Assembly: GCA_963827755.1 (NCBI GenBank)
Contig: CAWHCQ010000018.1
Coordinates: 1 to 34,977 of the forward strand
DNA: 34,977 nt
Source: an uncultured Gammaproteobacteria bacterium
GTDB lineage: Bacteria; Pseudomonadota; Gammaproteobacteria; UBA9214
Direction of reading: 5' to 3'
Each line of letters opens with the position of its first letter. Position 1 is the stretch's first letter. Under the pieces are notes generated by a model. The model had not been told where the DNA came from, did not search any database, and worked only from the letters and a program-made list of their open reading frames with translations. Shown in pieces: positions 23,137 through 30,862 of the stretch. The translations under genes were made by a program, and so were the position numbers.

Positions 23137-23730
23137 TAATGGCCACGGAATCCACGGAAGGACACGGAAAAATAAAAACAATTCAATTCTGTCATAGAAC
23201 AACTCGTTTTACGCTGGCCTTGGGAAAGGCGAAATTAACAAGCATGCCCAGATGCAGACCGGTGGCTTTCAGATAATTCAACAACTGTGCCTTGCTGGCT
23301 TGGGGTAAATTCTGCTGTGCCTTCAACTCAAGAATTATGCATCTCTCCACAACAATATCCGCAAAGTACTCACCAACCACTACGTTCTTGTATTGAACAG
23401 TTACCGGAACCTGGGCCTCTGCCCGCAACCCCTGCAACTCCAGCTCCGCCAACAAGGCCTTCTCATAAACCTTCTCGAGAAAACCACACCCCAACTGCCT
23501 GTAAACCTCAAAAACACAGCCCTGTATAACATAACTAATCTGCTCTTCCTGTAGCATCAAAAATCCCTCCATGGACTAAATTAAATTCTGAACAACCTCC
23601 TTACACTTATCCAGTAGCAAAATATCAATCTATACCCAGAAAACCAGATTAATAGATTTATTTTTTAGATTTACTTGATGATTTATTGATTTTATTTTTC
23701 CGTGTCCTTCCGTGGATTCCGTGGCCATTA
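23137..23730. mobile_element. Putative element: GxxExxY gene bounded by perfect 41-bp inverted repeats
   Basis: TAATGGCCACGGAATCCACGGAAGGACACGGAAAAATAAAA at 23137-23177 and its exact reverse complement at 23690-23730. Mobility is inferred, not shown. Confidence 0.55.
23192..23557 (-). CDS. GxxExxY family protein (PD-(D/E)xK-like nuclease fold)
   Basis: [14 protein letters not shown] (GxxExxY), ADIVV..IILELK, QLLNYL; ~121 aa; GGAGG upstream of ATG 23557. Confidence 0.9.
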   Translation of the reverse strand: MLQEEQISYVIQGCVFEVYRQLGCGFLEKVYEKALLAELELQGLRAEAQVPVTVQYKNVVVGEYFADIVVERCIILELKAQQNLPQASKAQLLNYLKATGLHLGMLVNFAFPKASVKRVVL

Positions 23731-23801
23731 TATATTTTCCTTGTTCGGATAAAAACGTTACGCCTATAGTTGGCACATCAAGCAGTTATATGGCCTTGTA
23801 C

Positions 23802-24170
23802 CTACGGATAGTATTTAACATCAGGCAAGCCCTTAAAGTCTGCATCCTGTGTCCATATCACAGCACTAAATTTTCTTGCCGTAGCATAAATAATGCTATC
23901 TGCCAGTGGTAACTTGTTATCCAAACCATAGACAGCCGCATCAATAGCCAGGGCACTATCAAGCGGCACAACCTTTCCTTGCTCCATATGAGCAATTGCC
24001 TCCAGCGCTACGTCTTCGCCCCTTTGGCGCATGATGCATTTGAATACTTCTGTGAGCGTAATACTCGGAACCAGCAATTCGTCAATGGCCTCTATTGGCC
24101 TGGCAAATGTGCCGGCATTCTTGTCACCTGCAAAATAAGACAGCCATGCTGACGAATCAACAACATTCAT
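23802..24170 (-). CDS. Type II TA toxin, VapC/PIN domain
   Basis: VVDSSAWL, ITLTEV, LPLADSIIYATA, WTQDADF acidic PIN motifs; ATGA overlap with the antitoxin. Confidence 0.9.
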   Translation of the reverse strand: MNVVDSSAWLSYFAGDKNAGTFARPIEAIDELLVPSITLTEVFKCIMRQRGEDVALEAIAHMEQGKVVPLDSALAIDAAVYGLDNKLPLADSIIYATARKFSAVIWTQDADFKGLPDVKYYP

Positions 24171-24373
24171 ACCCTGTCCTTATCCCTCTTTACACGGGTA
24201 TCTATCCCCTTCAGGAAACCCCTCATCTTTTTCATAGGCTGGATAGGTATCAATTCAATTCGATTGTGATAAGTCAGGATCTGTATTTTCTGACCCGAAA
24301 CGATCCCCATCGACTCCCGGACTGCTTTAGGGATAACGACCTGAAATTTTGGCGAAACTGTTACAGATGTCAT
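24167..24373 (-). CDS. AbrB/MazE/SpoVT-family antitoxin
   Basis: VTVSPKFQVVIPKAVRESMGI; 68 aa; GGAG RBS; directly upstream of the PIN toxin. Confidence 0.88.
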   Translation of the reverse strand: MTSVTVSPKFQVVIPKAVRESMGIVSGQKIQILTYHNRIELIPIQPMKKMRGFLKGIDTRVKRDKDRV

Positions 24374-24405
24374 TGATATAACTCCATCGATACAGGTTAC
24401 GTACA

Positions 24406-24434
24406 ACGCTATACCTATCGATAGGAAGCGTCAA
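24406..24434 (-). promoter_or_regulatory. Putative TA promoter with palindromic operator
   Basis: Minus strand TTGACG-N17-TAGCGT, with the perfect palindrome CCTATCGATAGG (24414-24425) in the spacer. Confidence 0.55.
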
Positions 24435-24509
24435 GCCACAGCACCGCATTTCGGCTGGAAACGATCGTCTTCAAAAAGATTACCGTCCCTGCTCCAACAT
24501 ATATTTATA

Positions 24510-24590
24510 GATTTTATTTTTCCGTGTCCTTCCGTGGATTCCGTGGCCATTAGTTTTTTACATTTTTATTCTTCCGTGTGCTTCCGTGGC
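24510..24590. repeat. CACGGAA-motif copy identical to 23688-23730, plus a partial second copy
   Basis: GATTTTATTTTTCCGTGTCCTTCCGTGGATTCCGTGGCCATTA (24510-24552); CTTCCGTGTGCTTCCGTGGC (24571-24590). Confidence 0.9.
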
Positions 24591-24621
24591 AAAAAAATCT
24601 TCTAAGATGCCCCACCCCACC

Positions 24622-25730
24622 TCACTCATTATAATCAAACGTCCGAAACCCCTCCCGCTTGCACAACTCATCCCGCTCCGCAATCTTCAGATCCTCCCTG
24701 ACCATCTCCGCCACCATCTCATCCAGGGTAATCTCCGGCACCCACCCCAGCTTCTCCCTGGCCTTGCTCGAATCACCCAGCAGCGTCTCCACCTCGGTCG
24801 GCCGGAAATAGCGCGGATCGACTTCCACCCGCACCTTGCCGCTATCCTCCTCGATACCCTTCTCTTCAATCCCTTCGCCTTCCCAGCGCAGCGTAATACC
24901 CACTTCCTTGCAGGCCGCATTGACAAAGTCACGCACCGAGTACTGCACGCCCGTGGATATACAGAAATCCTCCGGCTCATCCTGCTGCAGCATCAGCCAC
25001 TGCATCTTCACGTAATCCTTCGCATGCCCCCAGTCACGCTTGGAATCCAGGTTGCCGAGATAGAGCTTGTCCTGCAGCCCCAGCTTGATACGGGCCACTG
25101 CACGGGTAATCTTTCGTGTAACAAAGGTCTCGCCACGCACCGGTGATTCATGGTTGAACAAAATCCCGTTACAGGCATAGATGCCATAGGCCTCGCGGTA
25201 ATTGACGCAGATCCAGTAGGAATACATCTTGGCAACCGCATAAGGACTGCGCGGATAGAAAGGCGTCGTCTCCTTTTGCGGAGTCTCCTGGACCTTGCCG
25301 AACAACTCACTGGTGGATGCCTGGTAGAACTTTGTCTTCTTCTCCAGACCCAGAATCCGGATCGCCTCGAGCAAGCCGCAGCGTCCCCAGCGCATCGCAG
25401 TTTGCCGTGTATTCCGGCGTCTCGAAGGAGACCGCCACGTGACTCTGCGCCGCCAGGTTATAGATCTCATCCGGCTGCACCTCCTGAATAATCCGGATCA
25501 GGTTGGTCGAATCGGTCAGGTCGCCATAATGCAAAAAGAAGTGGACATCCTCCTCGTGCTGGTCGTGGTACAAATGATCAATACGATCGGTATTAAACGA
25601 TGACGCCCGGCGCTTGATGCCATGAACGATGTAGCCCTTGCTCAAGCAGCAGCGCCGCAAGATAGGCCCCGTCCTGCCCGGTAACCCCGGTTATCAGCGC
25701 CACCTTCCTGTTTTCTGTTTGATTACTCAT
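24622..25730 (-). CDS. gmd: GDP-mannose 4,6-dehydratase (frameshifts ~25650, ~25380)
   Basis: [74 protein letters not shown]. Confidence 0.95.
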
Positions 25731-25816
25731 ATAATCTTTTCCCGTTAGTACTAATAATTAAGCCTCGTCATCGCGAGCATCTCACCCCGCTACGCGGTCA
25801 CAAATCAACGAAAAAC

Positions 25817-25872
25817 TGTAGGGTCGAATTCATTCGACCGATCTCGATTGGTCGAATGAATTCGACCCTACA
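25817..25872. repeat. REPIN: perfect 23-bp inverted GTAG REP pair
   Basis: TGTAGGGTCGAATTCATTCGACC-N10-GGTCGAATGAATTCGACCCTACA. Confidence 0.88.
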
Positions 25873-25963
25873 AGTATAAGCTGTTGCCCAGATTGCCTCC
25901 AAAAATCAACATTTCAGGGTTAAGTTCTTCAAGAGCGACGTGCGACCATCGACGCAATAGATC

Positions 25964-26052
25964 TTATTTTTCCGTGTCCTTCCGTGGATTCCGTGGCCAT
26001 AACTATCTTGTAAATTTTTTTCTTCCGTGTATTTCCGTGTGCTTCCGTGGCC
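25964..26052. repeat. Two tandem CACGGAA-motif copies (reverse orientation)
   Basis: TTATTTTTCCGTGTCCTTCCGTGGATTCCGTGGCCAT (25964-26000) and TTTTCTTCCGTGTATTTCCGTGTGCTTCCGTGGCC (26018-26052). Confidence 0.88.
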
Positions 26053-26077
26053 AAAAAAATATAACCGTCCAACCCAA

Positions 26078-27805
26078 TCAAACCCCTAAAAATAATTCCC
26101 CATCACCCCGCGCACCCCCACAACCAGCAGCGCCAGCAGGACAGACACAGTAAACATATTCCAGCGACTCCCTCATCCTGTTCAGTATCAGTTCACACCC
26201 GTAAAACAGGATAATGGCCTTCAATATCATCGCAGTCATCCCTGAATCCACAACCTGATTGTTGGCCAACGCAACAAGAACCGGCACCGCAATAAGTACC
26301 AGGTAATCTGTAGGTGTAACAACGAAGCTTTGTTCGCCGGAAAATCGAATAGACAGGCCGATCGCAGCAACAAGCACCCCGAAAAATATATAGGTATACA
26401 GATCCGCCCCTGAAAGATAGGCGGGCTGATAGGCATTTATCAGATAGACCACAAGAATGATGGCCATGTAGACCACCAGCCTGAGTGGCACATACCACAA
26501 ACGATAACCGGCCATCAGACGCATCAGCAATAGTGAAAAAAGCGCTACCGCTATGAGGGTAAACTCGGCAGGAATCTCTGTTGGAATAAATGCACCGGCA
26601 ACCAGAAAGAACGAAAGGCCATAGAAAATCACAGCGTAGGGGATATCCAGCAGCCATGGTTTATGCCTTAGAGCATCAACGGCTCCTTCAGAGACCGCAC
26701 CCGCCTTCCTGCGCACCTGCCAGCCTGCCCGCTCTGCCATGTAGAGTGAAATAAACACCGCGGCGACGACGACAAGATAGACCCCGATGATCAGCCCGTC
26801 AGATTCATACGACATCGCGATAGCACACAAAACCAGCAGCGCCTGGACCGAGTAGACAATGATCACCGATTCGTAATGATGAAACCCGAGATCCAGCAGG
26901 CGGTGATGGATGTGGTTGCGGGAGGCACGAAACCAGTTCATTTTGTGGTAAATCCGCTGGGCAAGAACCGCGATGATATCGGCGATGGGCAAACCCAGCA
27001 TCAGCAACGGCAGGGCCGGACTCAAGGCCGGGTTGACCTGCTGGGTAAGCACGACCGCAAGAAATCCAAGTGTATAGCCGAGGAACTGGCTTCCGCCATC
27101 GCCCATGAAGATCCGCGCAGGATGGGTATTGAACCTCAGGAAGCCGAATAAACCGCCAATGGTTGCAAGTGCAATAATAGCGGCTGTTGCCCCCCCGGCA
27201 AGCCAGGCAAGCCAGGCAATACAGGCCAGGCTCATTAACGACTCACCCCCGGCCAGACCGTCCAGGCCATCGGAGTGATTGATGGCATTGATCATGCCGA
27301 TCATCGCCACTACGGTAAACAGCTTGCCGGCTGTTTCCGAAATCGGCTCGCCATCCATCAGCGGCAGGTAACTGACATAGACGTCGCCGTAATAAACCAC
27401 GGCAAGCACCGCGATAAACTGGCCGATGAATTTTACGTAATGACCCAGCTCATGGCTGTCGTCCCAGGCACCAAAGCCAAGCAACACCAGCCCGCCAAAC
27501 AGAAAGGCGATCAGGGATGGATCAAGCGGCAGCAGGAAAAGAATGGGCAGCAGGGCACCGATGACAATCCCGACCCCACCCACCCGCGGAATGGGCACCT
27601 GATGCACCTTCCTGGGATCCGGCTTGTCGATCATTCCCAATGCCGGCGCCATGCGCACCATCAGCGGAATAATGACCATACTGATCACCACGGCGGCAAT
27701 CAGCGGCAGCAGGTAGGCCAGCGCATTCTCGGCGGTTGCGGCCGCAGCCTCAGGCAGTTCACCTGTATAAAGGTCGATAATCGGGGCTGTTAGATACTCT
27801 GACAC
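26078..27805 (-). CDS. WecA/MraY-family undecaprenyl-phosphate sugar-1-phosphate transferase with C-terminal membrane extension
   Basis: DKPDPRKVHQVPIPRVGG, GAWDD, NAINHSDGLDGLAGG, IFMGDGGS, HIHHRL. A likely frameshift at ~26170 would give ..SRWNMFTVSVLLALL..YF* ending at 26086. Start codon uncertain. Confidence 0.85.
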   Translation of the reverse strand: MSEYLTAPIIDLYTGELPEAAAATAENALAYLLPLIAAVVISMVIIPLMVRMAPALGMIDKPDPRKVHQVPIPRVGGVGIVIGALLPILFLLPLDPSLIAFLFGGLVLLGFGAWDDSHELGHYVKFIGQFIAVLAVVYYGDVYVSYLPLMDGEPISETAGKLFTVVAMIGMINAINHSDGLDGLAGGESLMSLACIAWLAWLAGGATAAIIALATIGGLFGFLRFNTHPARIFMGDGGSQFLGYTLGFLAVVLTQQVNPALSPALPLLMLGLPIADIIAVLAQRIYHKMNWFRASRNHIHHRLLDLGFHHYESVIIVYSVQALLVLCAIAMSYESDGLIIGVYLVVVAAVFISLYMAERAGWQVRRKAGAVSEGAVDALRHKPWLLDIPYAVIFYGLSFFLVAGAFIPTEIPAEFTLIAVALFSLLLMRLMAGYRLWYVPLRLVVYMAIILVVYLINAYQPAYLSGADLYTYIFFGVLVAAIGLSIRFSGEQSFVVTPTDYLVLIAVPVLVALANNQVVDSGMTAMILKAIILFYGCELILNRMRESLEYVYCVCPAGAAGCGGARGDGELFLGV

Positions 27806-27899
27806 AGAAAGACCGCCAGGCTGGAAAAGTTAAACATCAATTACCCTGGAAACATCTGATTATTTCGCAAAATCATGGCAATCAGATCTCGCACCACCT

Positions 27900-27920
27900 G
27901 TAGGGTGCATTCCATGCACC
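27900..27920 (+). repeat. Single GTAG-type REP
   Basis: GTAG followed by the hairpin GGTGCAT-TCC-ATGCACC; a degenerate partner may lie at ~27970-27990. Confidence 0.6.
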
Positions 27921-28048
27921 ATGCGGTTTTTCCAAATACATAGATGCATGTTCTATGCACGATGATCAGTGCAGAAAATGCACCCATACAAACAGGAAGT
28001 TACTGTTGCGTAGCGAGACATTTCATCCAGAGACCATCAGACAAACCA

Positions 28049-29629
28049 TCAATCCGGAATATACTCCGACAAATACGGATAAACCGCCTGCAAGTATTCC
28101 ACCACCCTGTCATCCGCCGCCGAAAGGTCTTCCCCCGGCCGAACAAACGCCGTCAACCGCACCAGCGCCCCGTCCGTACGATTGCGGGTCATTCCATCCA
28201 GAAACAGGTACCACTTGACCAGCCACTCATTGGTTACATTCCGGTCCCGTTGCTTGAACCAGTAATACACGACCTGTGTGTAGTCACCCTTCTTGATTAG
28301 CAGGCGATTGACCTGAAGCGGCCCGCCACCTGTTTGTATGCCGTCAATAGTGCGCAGACTGAGATCCTTGATCAACCAGCCACCACCCGGGATACAGGAA
28401 CGCGGTGAATGCGCTGCAGACCCGGCCGCCTGGTCTGCGTAGTAGGCAACCCACAGATTGACCACCTTTCCATCCGGATTAACATAGTCAGAGATTAAAT
28501 AATCTTCTGTCTTAAGCGCCTCAAGGATATTTTCCTCTATCGTACCGGTCTTCCCTTTCCATTCCGCTATCGTCAAGGGGAACTCTGCGAATACCCGACG
28601 CTCAGGCATATAGTTCTCCCGCCCCTGCACATAGAGACTCGATGCCGCAATCCCGACAAGCAGAACCGGCACGACCCACGAAAGCGGCTTAACCTGCCGC
28701 GGCCTGCGCTCAACCTCGGCCGGAATCGGCTCGGGAAAATCAATCGCAAAGGCATCCGCCAGGGATCGCTTGTCTTTTCCGATCTTGGCCAGCACCGCCA
28801 TCTCCAGCACCAGTATCGAGATGCAGGCCATAAAGATAATCCAGCCTTCGAAATCGTGCAGAAAGCCCTCGGCCTGACCCGGCCCGCCATACTCGACCAG
28901 CACACCAATCACACCTATGCGGAAACTGTTCATCAATACGGTAATCGGGATACTGGACAGAAAAATAATCGCCTTCTTCCAGAGAGCCCCGTGATAGATA
29001 TAGGCCGCCATAAACGACAGGGAAACCAGCGGAAACAGGTAGCGCAGACCACTACAGGCCTCAACGACCTGAAGCTTGAACGAACCCAGATCGATCACAT
29101 TACCTTCAAGATACACACTGATACCAAACAAACGAATGACAGCAACACCAATCTCGGATGAAATAAGCTGGAGCTTGGTTGAAAGCGTGTTATAGATAAA
29201 TGGCGGTAAAGGCACCATGAAAAACAACAGCGCCAACGGAATTGCCACAATCTTGAATGCCCGCCATCCAAGCAGGGAAAGGGCAACCCCCATAATGGTA
29301 ACAACCAGCCCGTACTGAGACAGGGTATGTGTGGTGGCAGCAGCGCCAAGAAAAAACACCGCTCCACCGAAAACAACCAGCAGCAAGCCAGCCAGTGAAG
29401 GATGAAATTCTATTTCTGCCAGCTGGTTCTTACGCTGCCAGATCAGGAAAAGAGTAATGACAGGTATGAGATACCCATAGCCATATTCCTCCTGCGTGTC
29501 CCAGCGATACATCATGTCCTGAATCGTATCCAGGAATGCATACCCGGCCAGAACCGCTGTTACACCAACGATGACCCACCAGACTAAAGGGTTCTTCCAT
29601 ACAAACGATGAAGAATTGTCAGTAACCAT
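28049..29629 (-). CDS. Exosortase with fused C-terminal EpsI domain (XrtD-like)
   Basis: VVEACSGLRYLFPL (catalytic Cys), MNSFRIG, AEGFLHDFEGW; EpsI motifs HSPRSCIPGGGW, YYWFKQR, RTDGALVRL. Confidence 0.88.
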   Translation of the reverse strand: MVTDNSSSFVWKNPLVWWVIVGVTAVLAGYAFLDTIQDMMYRWDTQEEYGYGYLIPVITLFLIWQRKNQLAEIEFHPSLAGLLLVVFGGAVFFLGAAATTHTLSQYGLVVTIMGVALSLLGWRAFKIVAIPLALLFFMVPLPPFIYNTLSTKLQLISSEIGVAVIRLFGISVYLEGNVIDLGSFKLQVVEACSGLRYLFPLVSLSFMAAYIYHGALWKKAIIFLSSIPITVLMNSFRIGVIGVLVEYGGPGQAEGFLHDFEGWIIFMACISILVLEMAVLAKIGKDKRSLADAFAIDFPEPIPAEVERRPRQVKPLSWVVPVLLVGIAASSLYVQGRENYMPERRVFAEFPLTIAEWKGKTGTIEENILEALKTEDYLISDYVNPDGKVVNLWVAYYADQAAGSAAHSPRSCIPGGGWLIKDLSLRTIDGIQTGGGPLQVNRLLIKKGDYTQVVYYWFKQRDRNVTNEWLVKWYLFLDGMTRNRTDGALVRLTAFVRPGEDLSAADDRVVEYLQAVYPYLSEYIPD

Positions 29630-29638
29630 AAATACTAC

Positions 29639-30850
29639 CTATTTAACAGGTCCGCCAAAAAGCATATCGTATGCCGCCAATAATTTCGGTTCTTCATGCC
29701 GCCATTCAAGCTCATCTTCCACACGCCGTTTACCGAATTCTCCCATCTTTACACGTTCTTCCGGTCTATCCAAGAGATAGAGTATCTTTTCTGCCAGATC
29801 AGCAACATCATTCTTGCGCGCATAAAGCGACGCCTCCTGAGCAGAGAAACGCCCCTCGGTCAGATCAAACTGGACAATTGGCTTGCCGAGCGCCATGTAC
29901 TCCATGATCTTGTTCATGGTGGATTTATCATTCATCTCATTGGCAACATCCGGATTCACACAAACATCCGCCGTATTCAGCATTTCCAGCATTTCCTGGT
30001 CGGGCACACGATCGGTAAATGTCACATAGTCGGCAACACCCAGTTCATCTGCATAGGCCTTCATTTCTTCCAGCGAGGTACCGCCACCCACCAATCCGAA
30101 ATGCACATCAGTGCGCTCCTTTTCATAAACAATGTACTTGCATGCCTGCAGCAATAAATCGATACCCTCCTGCTTGCCCATGACCCCGACATAACCAACC
30201 AGGTATTTCCTCCCATGCTTCAGGGATTCCACCGGCGGAAGGATCTTGAGGCGGTCGAGTTTTGGACCACTGCGCACAACAAATACTCTTTTCGGATCCA
30301 TGCCACCACGTTCAATGGCGATTTTCTTGTAAGACTCATTGGTTGCAATTGACACACCGGCCAGACGGAAGGTCCAGCGCTCCCAGGCAAGCATCACCTT
30401 GTAGAAAAAATCCCGCTTGCCAAACTTTGCTTCGTACAGCTCGGGGTTGATATCGTGGTGGTCAAACAGAAACTTCTTTCCCAGCAAGCGGAAAAACCCG
30501 CCGATGATGAAAATATTATCCGGCGGATTGCAGGCATGAATGACATCAAATCCACGTGTAAGCAGTACCTTCCATGCCAGCACAAACTCCCAGAACAGGG
30601 CGGTCGAATATTCCAGCAGGTAACCCAGCGCACCTTCTGCTTCCAGCGGCAGGTTATGACGGTAGATATGTATACCGTCGATTTCTTCATATTTTTTCTC
30701 GTAACCCTTGCCTGTCGGACAGATAATCGAGACTTCATAGCCATTCTGCTGCAGGGTTGTCGCTTCCTGCCAGACGCGGCGGTCAAACGGAGAAGGCAGG
30801 TTCTCGACAATGATCAGGACGCGCCTTGCCTTGTGCTTCGCATTGCCCAT
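29639..30850 (-). CDS. Glycosyltransferase family 4
   Basis: IVENLPSPFDRRVWQEA, HACNPPD, KIMEYMALGKPIV (E-x-M-A-x-G-x-P motif). Confidence 0.9.
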   Translation of the reverse strand: MGNAKHKARRVLIIVENLPSPFDRRVWQEATTLQQNGYEVSIICPTGKGYEKKYEEIDGIHIYRHNLPLEAEGALGYLLEYSTALFWEFVLAWKVLLTRGFDVIHACNPPDNIFIIGGFFRLLGKKFLFDHHDINPELYEAKFGKRDFFYKVMLAWERWTFRLAGVSIATNESYKKIAIERGGMDPKRVFVVRSGPKLDRLKILPPVESLKHGRKYLVGYVGVMGKQEGIDLLLQACKYIVYEKERTDVHFGLVGGGTSLEEMKAYADELGVADYVTFTDRVPDQEMLEMLNTADVCVNPDVANEMNDKSTMNKIMEYMALGKPIVQFDLTEGRFSAQEASLYARKNDVADLAEKILYLLDRPEERVKMGEFGKRRVEDELEWRHEEPKLLAAYDMLFGGPVK

Positions 30851-30862
30851 GCCCCTGGATGC

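Noticed and set aside
23131-23202. Fcl N-terminal extension [22 protein letters not shown]
   Set aside because: It is a translation of the CACGGAA repeat arm; homology starts at [11 protein letters not shown] (23130).
23688-24552. Classical integron cassette or IS composite transposon
   Set aside because: No attC RYYYAAC/GTTRRRY structure, integrase or DDE transposase, and no clear target-site duplication beyond the terminal TA.
21992-26052. CACGGAA repeats as CsrA/RsmA (ANGGA) sites or Rsm sRNAs
   Set aside because: The GGA motifs are not in hairpin loops, and the copies occur in both orientations as perfect inverted pairs, which fits element ends better. Not formally excluded.
27865-27882. 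sigma54 promoter upstream of the wecA-like gene (TTGCCATGATTTTGCG, minus strand)
   Set aside because: It lacks the invariant -24 GG.
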